A stretch of 64,000 bases of DNA. Origin: a virus. Positions 27,626 to 38,368 of the stretch are shown here, piece after piece (the first letter of the stretch is position 1; each line of letters opens with the position of its first letter). Below the pieces are notes generated by a model. The model saw nothing but the letters and a program-made list of their open reading frames with translations, was not told where the DNA came from and made no database searches. The stretch lies in IMG/VR virus record IMGVR_UViG_3300035070_003385, positions 118,739 through 182,738 of that record. One strand, 5' to 3'. A program made the position numbers and the translations under genes.

Positions 27626-28656
27626 TGGCTATAATATTACGCCGCGATAAAGGTTTTGCACTTACTTTTGATGAGTTAGACGATAACTTCGCTCAACTTT
27701 CTGGTGGATCTAGTTTAATTATCGCTAATACCGCTCCTTTAGAGCCAAGCGATGGCCAAATGTGGTTGGATACAGGTATCACTCAAAGAACCTTTGCATG
27801 GTCGGTTGAAGCTGGTGGTGTATGGCTTGACATTTCTCCTAGTAATAAAACAACAATATCAGAGACTGAACCTCTCGTAAAAAATACTGGAGACGGTTGG
27901 TTTGATACGTCAGCTGGTGGTGTAGGTTCTTTAGTATTATGGAATGGCACCTCTTGGGTTGAAGTAATTGGAACTGGTGGTAATAATGATGTAGCCATTG
28001 CTACTGTTCAAGAGATTACAGCATCAGGTACAATTGCTCTAGATAAAACAACAGGTGGTGCGTGGGTAAGGTTCCACGGTGCAACAGGTTCTGGTGGTGG
28101 TGCAGGTCTTTATACTTCGAATAACGGAAACTTTTACGCAGTAGCCTCCAGATCTGGTGCTGCAGGCGAAGCAGTGTTCTACGTTTCGGACGTATCGACA
28201 CTCCAAGGTACATCTGTAACATTAGGTGCTGGTGGTGCAGCCCACTTGTTGGGTGTACCTAATGGTAGTGCTAGAACGGATAGTGGTACAGAAGGTACTA
28301 CTTCAAGTTGGACATTAGGTTCTGGCGCTATCGACATCACGCCAGGTACAGCAGGCGGGTCAGGTGTGGTAACAGCAATATCTAACGGATATCCTACACC
28401 TGCAAATGGTACAGATGGTACAGTAACAAACACATCCGGTATTACACTTGATCCTTCATACTCAGGTATGGCATCGGTTTATGAGGATAATGCCACAAAC
28501 TACTTGATTGGAACCTCGAGGTTTATTGAACAGGGTGGAGGCCAGACCAGTGGTGGAGTGGGTTTAGCTACGGCAAGTAGCGAGTCCGCAGCGGCCATTG
28601 TTGTGGCATCTCCAGCTGGTTGGAATGGTGCTATCTACATCGTGTACGATAATTAG
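27625..28656 (+). CDS. Gly-rich fibre/virion structural protein
   Basis: N-terminal RRDKGFALTFDELDDNF, P...G..W.DT repeats, GxxGG-rich C-terminus. Confidence 0.65.
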   Translation: MAIILRRDKGFALTFDELDDNFAQLSGGSSLIIANTAPLEPSDGQMWLDTGITQRTFAWSVEAGGVWLDISPSNKTTISETEPLVKNTGDGWFDTSAGGVGSLVLWNGTSWVEVIGTGGNNDVAIATVQEITASGTIALDKTTGGAWVRFHGATGSGGGAGLYTSNNGNFYAVASRSGAAGEAVFYVSDVSTLQGTSVTLGAGGAAHLLGVPNGSARTDSGTEGTTSSWTLGSGAIDITPGTAGGSGVVTAISNGYPTPANGTDGTVTNTSGITLDPSYSGMASVYEDNATNYLIGTSRFIEQGGGQTSGGVGLATASSESAAAIVVASPAGWNGAIYIVYDN

Positions 28657-28667
28657 AGGATTAACAA

Positions 28668-28985
28668 ATGACTAAAATATTTGAAAAAGACGGGCGCCGC
28701 ATTGTAGTAGCAGATGATGCCAACTTGGCTGATTGGCCTGGTTATGTTGAGGAAGGGTTAGCCGAAGAAGTTAGAACAGAACGTGATGCCCTCTTGTTAG
28801 CATCTGATGCAAATTGGGCAAAATGCACTTCAATACTTTGGGGCGGTGGAAGCTATGCAGCGTGGAAAAGCAATACATACTGCCAAGCTTGGGCAATTTA
28901 TCGTCAAGCACTCAGAGATGTTACAATCCAAGCAGGTTTCCCCGAAACAATTGTTTGGCCAACTAAACCAGGAGAAAATTTCTAA
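28668..28985 (+). CDS. Tail fibre assembly chaperone-like protein
   Basis: [11 protein letters not shown]...[19 protein letters not shown]. Confidence 0.75.
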   Translation: MTKIFEKDGRRIVVADDANLADWPGYVEEGLAEEVRTERDALLLASDANWAKCTSILWGGGSYAAWKSNTYCQAWAIYRQALRDVTIQAGFPETIVWPTKPGENF

Positions 28986-31900
28986 TGGCTTTTCCAACAT
29001 CACCATCAGATGGCGACACATATGTTGTTGGGTCTGTTACGTTTACTTATAACGCGGCAACCAACGTTTGGGTTAGATCAGGAAGCGGTTCTGTTGCAAT
29101 ACAAGGTACTCAAGGTACTACTGGCGAACAAGGTACTCAAGGTACTACTGGCGAACAAGGAACGCAAGGCGCAATTGGAGCTGGTCTTCAAGGCGAACAA
29201 GGAACGCAAGGTAGTTTTGGCATTCAGGGCCAGGATGGGCGAGGCGAAACTGGCTTCCAAGGTTTACAAGGTATTACTGGCGAACAGGGTATTCAAGGCG
29301 AGCAAGGCGTCCAAGGTATTCAAGGTTGGCAAGGCGTTCAAGGTCTGCAAGGTACTATCGGTGAATTTGGTCTACAAGGTCTTCAAGGGCGACGTGGTAT
29401 TCAGGGTATCCAAGGCTTTCAAGGAATCCAAGGACTTCAAGGAAACCAAGGTATTCAAGGTATTCAGGGTATCCAAGGACTTCAAGGAAACCAAGGTGTC
29501 CAGGGGATGCAAGGTATTCAAGGTATTCAAGGTATCCAAGGACTTCAAGGAAACCAAGGTGTACAAGGTACAGGCGGTTTAGGTGAGCAAGGTTTACAAG
29601 GCACTAATGGTGAGCAAGGCATTCAAGGTACTGCCGGGTACGGAAATCAAGGTTTACAAGGTATTCAAGGCAACTTAGGATTCCAAGGTATTCAAGGTAC
29701 TCAAGGCGCACAAGGTAACCAAGGTTTTCAAGGACCGCAGGGTATTCAAGGCGAACAGGGTGTACAGGGTGTTCAAGGCGACTTTGGATTCCAAGGTACA
29801 ACTGGCGTAGGCTTTCAAGGGACGGTTGGACAACAAGGTATTCAAGGTATTCAAGGACTTCAAGGAAGTCAAGGTGTACAAGGTACTCAAGGCGTCCAAG
29901 GCATTATGGGAGAGCAAGGACTTCAAGGTTCTCAAGGACTCCAAGGTGCGTTCGGCCCTGCTTTAAATATTATTGGAGCAGTAGGCGATGTTAACGTAAA
30001 TCCACCTAACAATCCAAACACATTATTAAATGCACAATTCCCGTCAGCTGGTGTTGGTGAAACTGTTATTGACGAAGCGTCAAACGATTTGTGGGCATAT
30101 ACTGGCAATAATGTTTGGATAAATGTTGGTCCTGTAAGAGGGGTACAGGGTTTCCAAGGTATGCAAGGTGTTCAAGGCGTACAAGGCGTGCAAGGTATGC
30201 AAGGTACCCAGGCTCCTCAAGGTATTCAAGGTAATTTGGGTACACAAGGATCCCAAGGTACTCAGGGTATTCAAGGCGTACAAGGTATTCAAGGTATCCA
30301 AGGTGTACAAGGTATACAGGGCGAGCAGGGTGTTCAAGGACTTCAAGGATCTCCTATACAAGGTATGCAAGGTCGTCAAGGTATCCAAGGTTTCGATGGC
30401 ATCCAAGGTATTCAGGGCGAACAAGGTATTCAGGGTATTCAAGGCGAGCAAGGCGTACAAGGTGTACAAGGCATGCAGGGTATCCAAGGTACTCAAGGTA
30501 TTCAAGGTGGAGGCGGACACCAAGGATTGCAAGGCAGCCAAGGCCTTCAAGGTATTCAGGGCATTCAAGGCAAAACTGGTGATCCATTTAGAATAATAGG
30601 ATCTATCGAAGACGTTAATGTTAACTTCCCGGCGCGCACTCCTGAAGAAATAATAAGAGAAGCATTCGGGCCGACACTCGATGGGCAACCTCCAACTGAA
30701 AGACCTTCTATAGCGGGCCCGGATCTTTCAGACGGTATTATTGATCGCCAGCTAAACGAATTTTGGTTGTGGGACGGTAATGAATGGATAAACACCGGAG
30801 ACATAGTTGGTCCGCAGGGTATCCAAGGCACTGCCAATCAAGGCCGGCAAGGTATCCAAGGTACTCAAGGTGTGCAAGGTATCCAAGGCCGTCAAGGTAT
30901 CCAAGGTATACAGGGCGAGCAAGGTTTACAAGGTACTGCAATACAAGGATCGCAAGGTTTTCAAGGCATTATTGGAAATCGTGGATTTCAAGGTTTTCAA
31001 GGTATTCAAGGTATACAGGGTACTGCGATTCAAGGTACACAAGGTATGCAAGGTATCCAAGGTCGTCAAGGTATCCAAGGTAATACCGGTAACCCGTTTA
31101 GAATACTTGGGACCGTGGCAGACGTAAATCAGGCTCCAACATTTGATCCACAAGTAATATTAGAAACTGCGTTTGCAGATGCTGTTCCAGGTGATGCTGT
31201 TATAGATGAATTAACAAATGACTTGTGGACTTTTACTCCTGACGACGGTGGAGAATGGATAAATGTAGGAAACATTGTTGGCCCACAGGGTATTCAAGGA
31301 ATCCAAGGTATTCAAGGTATTCAAGGTATTCAGGGTGTGCAGGGTAATGCGGGCGAACAGGGTGTCCAAGGTATTCAAGGATCGTACGGCCGGCAGGGTA
31401 TCCAAGGTACTGGAAATGAAGGTTCTCAAGGTGTCCAAGGTACAACTGGCGCGCAGGGTGTACAAGGTTTACGTGGACCCGGCCAAGGTGTCCAAGGTAT
31501 ACAAGGTACTGCCACACAAGGTATACAAGGTATACAAGGTACTCGTGGCGTGCAAGGTAGACAAGGTATTCAAGGACGCCAAGGTTTACAGGGCATTCAA
31601 GGTCGTCAAGGTATTCAAGGTTTACAAGGTAGCCAGGGTGTACAAGGTATTCAAGGTCTACAAGGTACTCAAGGTCGTCAGGGTATTCAGGGTATTCAGG
31701 GTATTCAAGGTGTGCAGGGTATCCAAGGTATTCAAGGTTTACAAGGTATCCAAGGTATTCAGGGTCGTCAGGGTATTCAGGGTATTCAAGGTATGCAAGG
31801 CCGCCAAGGCCGGCAAGGTATTCAAGGTCGTCAAGGTACACAGGGTACACAAGGTCGCCAAGGTACACAAGGTATCCAAGGTCGCCGAGGTGCACAAGGT

Positions 31901-34159
31901 ATCCAAGGTCGCCAAGGTACTCGAGGTGCTACTGGATACCAAGGTATGCAAGGACGGAGAGGTATTACTGGAGCTCAAGGTGTACGTGGCTGGCAAGGCG
32001 TTATGGGCCGGCAAGGTTTTCAAGGTATCCGCGGGTTCACCGGTGCTGGTACTCAGGGTACGCAAGGTATCCAAGGTATTCAAGGTCGTCAAGGTATTCA
32101 AGGTCGTCAAGGTATTCAAGGTACTCAAGGACTTACTGGTCAAGGTCTCCAAGGTCAGGCCGGGTCAACACAAGGTGCTCAAGGTAATCAAGGTATTGCC
32201 GGCGAAGGTGGGGGAGATCCGTTACCTATAGGTCAAGAAGGTGAAGTATTATATAATACTCAAGATAATACGAACAAAGCTAAGTTTGACGATCTAGTTA
32301 ACATAGAACCAATTATTGTAACTGCAGAAGACCAAGTGCCTGCTTACTTTACTGAACCAGGGCCTCCGCCACCGTCTAGCCAGGAGATCTTTAATAATTG
32401 GTATAGGTTTTCACACAATTCAGGAACCAATTACCCAGCAAATGCGTCAGACGTTACCGCATCGCAATGGCAGTTTGACGCCGTAAACGATGAAATCGTT
32501 GGGTTAAACAACACTGGCACTGCCGTTGGTTTTGTTTCGGATCTTAAGTATTCATACTACACCTTAACATCCACTTTAAGAAGTGGCCAATACGACAACG
32601 ATACGATTGGCATTGTTCTTGCATTCACGACAGAAGGAACTCCTGGACAGCCAGATTACAGGGAACATACACTAACAGCATTCAGAACTGGTGGTGGTAC
32701 TGAAGGCGGGCGCACATGGGGTGTTACATATAATGCTCAACCCGGCGTATCTGTCATTATTGCTAACGGTTCCACTGCGGTACCTACTACTGGTGTGTGG
32801 TTTACGCTTGGTTCTACGATCGTCGACGTGGATCGACAAGGTGATACAATAATTGTAAAGACTTCTCCGTTTGGTAGCGCAACATTGAGCGCAGCTTCAA
32901 CTCTCACTATTGATTTAACGGATGCAACATTCGTTGACGGTAACGGTGATCCAATTCTAGAAAGGTTTAGAGGTCCTCAAGCTTACGGTTACATGGCTTA
33001 TAGCCAAGGGGATGCGAGATTTAGCGGTAATTTTAGTGGTGTTTCATCCACAGACAATGTTGTTTATGATGTTATATCTGGTAAAGTTTATGGCTCACAA
33101 GTAAGCCCGCCGTATTATAAAGAGTTAGTGGGAGCTGCATCGTTTAATGACATTGCAGAACCTGGCAGATTTTACAATAACCCAGACACTCGAATTACTA
33201 CTTGGAAATCTTCATTTGATAACAACAATTACCTGATAGGAGGAAGTGGCGGTGGATCGCAAGGCGTCCAAGGTATTCAAGGAACAACCGGTGGCGGCTC
33301 AATCGATTGCGTAGACTGTGACTATGACGAGCCAACCGATACGAATAACAGTGTAGCAATACACTCAAAGCAGTCAATGTACCTATTCATCGATGATAAT
33401 AACACCGCAGGAGAAGATTCAAATTACTTTGGTTTCTATAATAACCTTGATCCATACTCAGATACGGTAAATAGAGATAATACCATTTTTAGAATCGATG
33501 AGGATGGTTCAGTTAGAACAACAAATACAATATATGCAACAACAAGCGGAATACGTTTCCCTGATGATGCATACGGTGGTAGCGGTGACACTGCAAAGAT
33601 CTACCTAGGCAGTGCTGGGGGAGAAGCTACTCAGCTTACTCTTGAAGTGACCAACGATATAAATGATGAGATACATCTAAAAGTTCCAGACGATGACGGT
33701 GTAAAGATCAACGGATACATCGTTTACCATGAAGGGAACCATGTATGTGGTAATACAGGCGGTGGCGATGGTGCTGGGCTTTCTTCAAGAACTAATCTGC
33801 TAGCAACTACATCTTCTTTGGCAGACAACGCAAGTGAAGATGTAAACCTAACCGGATTTAAAGGTTACGCAGTATATGCAATCACAACAGATAGGGCGGC
33901 TTGGGTTAGATTATATATTAATGCTGCATCAAGAACTGCTGATGCTAGTAGAAACGAATTGACAGATCCGGACCCAGACGCAGGAGTAATCTTAGAAGTT
34001 ATAACGAATGGTGCTGAAACCGTTGTTATTTCACCAGCAGTATTTGGATACAACGGCGAAGTTCCAGCAACAACAAATATACCAATGACGATTACAAATA
34101 AATCAGGATCGAGTGGAGCTGTCCAAGTAACTGTTACTGCTCTTCAATTAGAGGTATAA
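28985..34159 (+). CDS. Collagen-like (Gly-X-Gln) fibre protein, 1724 aa
   Basis: Long uninterrupted GXQ runs split by three related globular spacers; C-terminal globular domains. Confidence 0.85.
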   Translation: MAFPTSPSDGDTYVVGSVTFTYNAATNVWVRSGSGSVAIQGTQGTTGEQGTQGTTGEQGTQGAIGAGLQGEQGTQGSFGIQGQDGRGETGFQGLQGITGEQGIQGEQGVQGIQGWQGVQGLQGTIGEFGLQGLQGRRGIQGIQGFQGIQGLQGNQGIQGIQGIQGLQGNQGVQGMQGIQGIQGIQGLQGNQGVQGTGGLGEQGLQGTNGEQGIQGTAGYGNQGLQGIQGNLGFQGIQGTQGAQGNQGFQGPQGIQGEQGVQGVQGDFGFQGTTGVGFQGTVGQQGIQGIQGLQGSQGVQGTQGVQGIMGEQGLQGSQGLQGAFGPALNIIGAVGDVNVNPPNNPNTLLNAQFPSAGVGETVIDEASNDLWAYTGNNVWINVGPVRGVQGFQGMQGVQGVQGVQGMQGTQAPQGIQGNLGTQGSQGTQGIQGVQGIQGIQGVQGIQGEQGVQGLQGSPIQGMQGRQGIQGFDGIQGIQGEQGIQGIQGEQGVQGVQGMQGIQGTQGIQGGGGHQGLQGSQGLQGIQGIQGKTGDPFRIIGSIEDVNVNFPARTPEEIIREAFGPTLDGQPPTERPSIAGPDLSDGIIDRQLNEFWLWDGNEWINTGDIVGPQGIQGTANQGRQGIQGTQGVQGIQGRQGIQGIQGEQGLQGTAIQGSQGFQGIIGNRGFQGFQGIQGIQGTAIQGTQGMQGIQGRQGIQGNTGNPFRILGTVADVNQAPTFDPQVILETAFADAVPGDAVIDELTNDLWTFTPDDGGEWINVGNIVGPQGIQGIQGIQGIQGIQGVQGNAGEQGVQGIQGSYGRQGIQGTGNEGSQGVQGTTGAQGVQGLRGPGQGVQGIQGTATQGIQGIQGTRGVQGRQGIQGRQGLQGIQGRQGIQGLQGSQGVQGIQGLQGTQGRQGIQGIQGIQGVQGIQGIQGLQGIQGIQGRQGIQGIQGMQGRQGRQGIQGRQGTQGTQGRQGTQGIQGRRGAQGIQGRQGTRGATGYQGMQGRRGITGAQGVRGWQGVMGRQGFQGIRGFTGAGTQGTQGIQGIQGRQGIQGRQGIQGTQGLTGQGLQGQAGSTQGAQGNQGIAGEGGGDPLPIGQEGEVLYNTQDNTNKAKFDDLVNIEPIIVTAEDQVPAYFTEPGPPPPSSQEIFNNWYRFSHNSGTNYPANASDVTASQWQFDAVNDEIVGLNNTGTAVGFVSDLKYSYYTLTSTLRSGQYDNDTIGIVLAFTTEGTPGQPDYREHTLTAFRTGGGTEGGRTWGVTYNAQPGVSVIIANGSTAVPTTGVWFTLGSTIVDVDRQGDTIIVKTSPFGSATLSAASTLTIDLTDATFVDGNGDPILERFRGPQAYGYMAYSQGDARFSGNFSGVSSTDNVVYDVISGKVYGSQVSPPYYKELVGAASFNDIAEPGRFYNNPDTRITTWKSSFDNNNYLIGGSGGGSQGVQGIQGTTGGGSIDCVDCDYDEPTDTNNSVAIHSKQSMYLFIDDNNTAGEDSNYFGFYNNLDPYSDTVNRDNTIFRIDEDGSVRTTNTIYATTSGIRFPDDAYGGSGDTAKIYLGSAGGEATQLTLEVTNDINDEIHLKVPDDDGVKINGYIVYHEGNHVCGNTGGGDGAGLSSRTNLLATTSSLADNASEDVNLTGFKGYAVYAITTDRAAWVRLYINAASRTADASRNELTDPDPDAGVILEVITNGAETVVISPAVFGYNGEVPATTNIPMTITNKSGSSGAVQVTVTALQLEV
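29102..32200 (+). repeat. 9-bp coding repeat (CAAGGTATT and variants) encoding QGX triplets (approximate bounds)
   Basis: Directly visible tandem caaggt/cagggt + NNN units. Confidence 0.9.
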
Positions 34160-34162
34160 TAA

Positions 34163-35875
34163 ATGTTAAGAGAATGGATAGTTACTCTTTATAATCACGA
34201 GGATCTAGATGATTTTTATGATGATATGGAAACTCCTGGTGGTAGCTTATACATTCCTGACAGGGAAGTTACTGTTGAAAAAAAGAGACTTATAAGCCGC
34301 AATACTCATTATATGTTAACAGATGAAGAAGCCGAAGCGATAAAAAATGACAATAGGGTTCGTGGAGTCGATTTAGCAGAACTGGTAAATCTCACTATTC
34401 AGCCTTCCGGGTATAAGATAGAGGATGGTATATTTGCTAAAGATTGGGGTGCAGGTGGACCCCCATATACTTCTTTAACTGATTTAAATTGGGGTCTTTT
34501 ACGCCAGTCTGAATCTTCCAATAGGTCAAATTGGGGCGATAACGGCACTCCTGAATTAACATCCGATTTGATCATAACGGCATCTGGAAGAAATGTTGAT
34601 GTAGTTATTTTTGATGGGCACATAGATCCAAATCACCCAGAATTTACTGTCAACTCAGATGGCTCTGGCGGATCGAGAATTAATCAATATAACTGGTTTC
34701 AAAACAACATAGGGTTTGGAACTGGTACATACACTTATACACCGTATGTTGATGGTAGTAACGCTGCAAGGACTAGCGATAACGATCATGGTGTTCACGT
34801 GGGCGGAACCGTAGCAGGGAATACTCAAGGTTGGGCTCGAGACGCCAATATATACAATATAAATCCACTTGGGTCAAATTCAAATTTTGGTACTCTTGGT
34901 CTAGACTCTTCAACTTATTGGGATTACGTAAGAGCTTGGCATAATAATAAACCAATTAATCCAGTGACTGGGAGGAAAAATCCTACTATTACAAATCATA
35001 GTTACGGGTCATCAATTACATACAATTCTGATGGTTTTGGGCCGGTGACTTCAGTAACTTTTCGTGGTGTAACGTACTCACCAGGAAGAGCACTAACCGT
35101 CGCAGAACTTCAAGCGCGAGGTTTCTTTACAAATGACACTTCACCCGGACCGATCCCGTATTATTTTACATCATCAATTTCAGACTTTGAAGATGCAATA
35201 AACGATGGTATATTGACGATGTCAGCTGCAGGTAACGAATCGTGGAAAATAGTTAATCCTTCAGACCAAGACTATAACAATTCTTTTTTGGCAACATATA
35301 ACGGTAGTAATTTTTTATGGTGGTTACATCGTGGAAACGGTATGGGTGCTGGCATTGATTCTAATATAACTGTTGGCGCTGTTGGGGTTAATGTAGAAGA
35401 TTATAAAGGCAATTTTAGTAACTGCGGTAGCCAAGTAGATATATTTGCTGCTGGAACCGCAATACAAAGCTCTCTTCACACTGTATCTGGCGAACAAGGT
35501 TCTACAGTTTATGACGCAAGAAACACTACTTACTATCTCGGGAAATACAGTGGTACGAGTATGGCTTGTCCTCAGATATGTGGCATGTTAGCATGTCTTG
35601 CTGAACATTGGCCAAATATGACTCAGGCAGAAGCGACTCAGTGGCTCGTAGATTTTTGTAACAAAAATCAAATGGGTGATACTGGCGCAGATAACGCAAT
35701 GGACGTGCAAAGCTTGCAAGGGGCCCCAAACAAGTTTGCGAGATGGATCAATCAAAGGCCGGTCAACGGTGGAACATATCCTCGAAAAAACTTTAGACCG
35801 AGAACAGTTGATGACGACCCTGTTCATTATGGAAAAAGAGTGTACCCAAGACCTCGTATACGACGAAGAGGTTAA
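34163..35875 (+). CDS. Subtilisin-like S8 serine protease
   Basis: Catalytic motifs VVIFDG, HGVHVGGTVAG, AAGNE, YSGTSMACP. Confidence 0.9.
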   Translation: MLREWIVTLYNHEDLDDFYDDMETPGGSLYIPDREVTVEKKRLISRNTHYMLTDEEAEAIKNDNRVRGVDLAELVNLTIQPSGYKIEDGIFAKDWGAGGPPYTSLTDLNWGLLRQSESSNRSNWGDNGTPELTSDLIITASGRNVDVVIFDGHIDPNHPEFTVNSDGSGGSRINQYNWFQNNIGFGTGTYTYTPYVDGSNAARTSDNDHGVHVGGTVAGNTQGWARDANIYNINPLGSNSNFGTLGLDSSTYWDYVRAWHNNKPINPVTGRKNPTITNHSYGSSITYNSDGFGPVTSVTFRGVTYSPGRALTVAELQARGFFTNDTSPGPIPYYFTSSISDFEDAINDGILTMSAAGNESWKIVNPSDQDYNNSFLATYNGSNFLWWLHRGNGMGAGIDSNITVGAVGVNVEDYKGNFSNCGSQVDIFAAGTAIQSSLHTVSGEQGSTVYDARNTTYYLGKYSGTSMACPQICGMLACLAEHWPNMTQAEATQWLVDFCNKNQMGDTGADNAMDVQSLQGAPNKFARWINQRPVNGGTYPRKNFRPRTVDDDPVHYGKRVYPRPRIRRRG

Positions 35876-35881
35876 AAACTA

Positions 35882-35909
35882 TTGACATTTTTTAATATTA
35901 GTATATAAT
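35882..35909 (+). promoter_or_regulatory. Sigma70-type promoter
   Basis: TTGACA-N16-TATAAT. Confidence 0.65.
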
Positions 35910-35934
35910 AAAACAAATATTAAAGGAATCAAAA

Positions 35935-36603
35935 ATGTTTAATCACGTAGAGCACGGTTTAGTGCTCCCAAAACTCACTCGCAAGACTAGTGAAACAGGC
36001 CGTAAATATTTTACACCTGATGGTAATGCGTATCCATCTATTACAACGGTATTAGGTATCTTAAGTAAAGAAGGAATTTTGGCTTGGCGGGCTCGTGTTG
36101 GCGAAGAAGAAGCAAACAAAATTTCTCGTCAGGCTGCTGGGCGAGGAACGGCTGTTCACACACTTGCAGAAGATTACCTAAACAATAAAGAAGATTGGAA
36201 AGGCAAACACATGCCTGCCAATTTGAACACATTCAACGATCTGCGTAAAGTTATCGACAATCGCATAGACAACGTATGGATGCAAGAAGAATTTCTTTAT
36301 AGTGATAAATTAAAATGTGCAGGTCAGGTTGACTGCATTGCAGAGTATGATGGCGAGCTATCAATTATCGACTTTAAAACTTCTCGCAAACCCAAGAAAG
36401 AAGAATGGATCCAATCATATTTTATTCAGGCCTCTTTTTATGCGGCTGCGTTTTTTGAACGCACGGGAATTCCAATCAAACAGGCCGTGATCCTAATCGC
36501 GGTTGACGGCTCGGAATCTCAAGTTTTTAAGATTAATACTTTTGATTACTTATCGCATTTTCTCGCAGTTCGTAAAAAATATAAAGAAATAAAAGGTGTT
36601 TAA
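35935..36603 (+). CDS. PD-(D/E)XK exonuclease
   Basis: YPSITTVL, GTAVH, AGQVDCI, IIDFKTS, Q..FYA. Confidence 0.85.
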   Translation: MFNHVEHGLVLPKLTRKTSETGRKYFTPDGNAYPSITTVLGILSKEGILAWRARVGEEEANKISRQAAGRGTAVHTLAEDYLNNKEDWKGKHMPANLNTFNDLRKVIDNRIDNVWMQEEFLYSDKLKCAGQVDCIAEYDGELSIIDFKTSRKPKKEEWIQSYFIQASFYAAAFFERTGIPIKQAVILIAVDGSESQVFKINTFDYLSHFLAVRKKYKEIKGV

Positions 36604-36615
36604 GGTAATTAACTA

Positions 36616-36644
36616 TTGACATTTCGTTTAGAATCAGTTATATT
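36616..36644 (+). promoter_or_regulatory. Sigma70-type early promoter with GAATC in the spacer
   Basis: TTGACA-N17-TATATT; GAATCAG at 36631. Confidence 0.8.
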
Positions 36645-36672
36645 GATATTAACAAATGAAAAGGAATAGATT

Positions 36673-36978
36673 ATGACAAAGTTCAACAAAGAAGACTTCA
36701 ACTACTACGGCGGATACCTTACATACACTGGTGAATATGAAGGTCGTCCAACATATGAAGATAAGCCAGGAGTTCATCCTACACGCGTCGGCAAAGGTAA
36801 AGATCTTTTTATTGCGCGCTTCAAGCATAAAGGTCCAATCACTAAAGCAAAATTCCTGAAAGAGCTTATTAAAAACCATACTGTTGAGGATTATGCAAAT
36901 GCTTATCTTTTTGGAATGGCTCCGATAGCTATCCTTAAAAATAAAAATCCAGCTTGGCATGAAAAGGCAATGGCATAA
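36673..36978 (+). CDS. Hypothetical protein
   Basis: Follows promoter and SD; YYGGYL...FIARFK. Confidence 0.6.
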   Translation: MTKFNKEDFNYYGGYLTYTGEYEGRPTYEDKPGVHPTRVGKGKDLFIARFKHKGPITKAKFLKELIKNHTVEDYANAYLFGMAPIAILKNKNPAWHEKAMA

Positions 36979-37191
36979 ATGAAGTATTTTAAATCTAAAT
37001 TTATTAATACCGTTGGGCATGCTTTTAATGGAACTGCGTGGACCTTTAAAGGCTGTGAAGTAATAATGGACGAAACAGGGTTTGCATGTACTTGTATGAA
37101 AAGAATGAAATATAAATGCAATCATATAAAATCAGTAGAACTAGGAATTTTAGGAGTAGGACAAACATACTATGAACTTATTCATTCTTGA
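36979..37191 (+). CDS. SWIM-like zinc-finger protein
   Basis: FACTC....YKCNHI. Confidence 0.55.
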   Translation: MKYFKSKFINTVGHAFNGTAWTFKGCEVIMDETGFACTCMKRMKYKCNHIKSVELGILGVGQTYYELIHS

Positions 37192-37729
37192 TAAATCGCC
37201 AGTAAAATCTGCACAATTGCAGTGCGATAAGCATATTGTTAAAATGATTGTTGAATCAGCACAAATGCTTTCAACGACCCACAGAATGCTAGACGGGGAG
37301 CTAGAACGCCGTCGATCAAAATCAGGCAAGACTGTAGTTAAGTACTGGAAGCTTCCTGACAGCCGTGAAAACTTCTTCTACAAGGCTGTTCATATGTACC
37401 ATCCATGTACCGTATGGACCGCTGAATCTAATAACAATTATAATTGGCATTGGGTACATTTTGCTGCACTTTGTGATGAATATAAATATCGTTACGGAAA
37501 AATACACGCAACTGATAAATTACTTCGTGAAGAGCTACGTTCTTTACCCAAGAACATACCAATTGGTCATTTGACACCACAGCCGTTAGCTATGAAAGCA
37601 AATCCTGAATGCATGGATCCAAATAACATTGTGGGTTCTTATAGAAAATTTTACCAAACAAAACAGCATCGTTTTAAAATGGCTTGGACTAAAAGAGAAA
37701 TACCAGAATGGTTTGAATTTGCTGCTTAA
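37172..37729 (+). CDS. Pyrimidine-dimer DNA glycosylase-like (DenV/Pyr_excise family)
   Basis: MNLFILD..P..SAQ..CDKHIVKMIVESAQML; HPCTVW; YR.FY. Confidence 0.75.
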   Translation: MNLFILDKSPVKSAQLQCDKHIVKMIVESAQMLSTTHRMLDGELERRRSKSGKTVVKYWKLPDSRENFFYKAVHMYHPCTVWTAESNNNYNWHWVHFAALCDEYKYRYGKIHATDKLLREELRSLPKNIPIGHLTPQPLAMKANPECMDPNNIVGSYRKFYQTKQHRFKMAWTKREIPEWFEFAA

Positions 37730-37756
37730 TTTTATAGTAGGAGAAAATAAATTTTA

Positions 37757-38056
37757 ATGCGATATATAGTAGCCGAAGAAGAGCTCGGGGTTTTTTTAGG
37801 TGCCTTTAAAAATCACGGTGTTTTTGCAAAAACAGATATATTTGGTATATCAAAAGCCTTTAGTTTTAACACTAAAGAAGACGCTAAAGAATTTATAGAC
37901 GATTACGCTGGTGAAAAAAAAGATACTTGGAAAATTATTGAAATAAAAACCAATAACAAATATGTTGACGTTATTGATCTTATAAAAAACGGCCATGAAA
38001 AATATACACACGGAATGATAGACTCTATGCACATGTATTCTACTGAGCTACACTAA
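37757..38056 (+). CDS. Hypothetical protein
   Basis: SD AGGAG. Confidence 0.6.
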   Translation: MRYIVAEEELGVFLGAFKNHGVFAKTDIFGISKAFSFNTKEDAKEFIDDYAGEKKDTWKIIEIKTNNKYVDVIDLIKNGHEKYTHGMIDSMHMYSTELH

Positions 38057-38074
38057 TTTTTTTGATTTTATCCA

Positions 38075-38103
38075 TTGACATTTCATTTAGAATCAGTTAT
38101 ATT
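38075..38103 (+). promoter_or_regulatory. Sigma70-type early promoter with GAATC in the spacer
   Basis: TTGACA-N17-TATATT; GAATCAG at 38090; near-identical to the 36616 cassette. Confidence 0.8.
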
Positions 38104-38130
38104 GATATTAACAAATGAAAAGGAATCACA

Positions 38131-38307
38131 ATGGAATCTTATACTGTAAAAGCATATGTTTGGAAGAATGGATCTAAAGAATTGGTTGAATGGGCATCTG
38201 GATTTACACACCGCCAAGCAGATCAATACTTTAAAGCTCTTCGTGACTCCGAAAAATTTGCTAAAATTGAAATGTCTATGGATAAATTAAACGAAATTAA
38301 CTATTGA
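38131..38307 (+). CDS. Small hypothetical protein (58 aa, not in the ORF track)
   Basis: SD AAGGA; MESYTVKAYVWKNG...; sits between two promoters. Confidence 0.55.
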   Translation: MESYTVKAYVWKNGSKELVEWASGFTHRQADQYFKALRDSEKFAKIEMSMDKLNEINY

Positions 38308-38332
38308 CATTCCGGATAGAATCAGATATAAT
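38304..38332 (+). promoter_or_regulatory. Sigma70-type early promoter with GAATC in the spacer
   Basis: TTGACA-N17-TATAAT; GAATCAG at 38319. Confidence 0.85.
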
Positions 38333-38368
38333 AATTATATCAAATGAAACCAAACTAGGATATATATC

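Noticed and set aside
29102-32200. Tandem repeats considered as a CRISPR array
   Set aside because: Degenerate 9-bp codon repeats within one ORF, with no constant repeat and unique spacer structure and no cas genes
29010-32231. Many alternative-frame ORFs (KVFKV, TLNTL and LEYL repeats) over the collagen gene
   Set aside because: By-products of the 9-bp periodic CAAGGTATT repeat; no SD or independent evidence
35935-36603. Exonuclease as a Cas4 protein
   Set aside because: Lacks the four-Cys Fe-S cluster pattern; fits the common phage PD-(D/E)XK exonuclease
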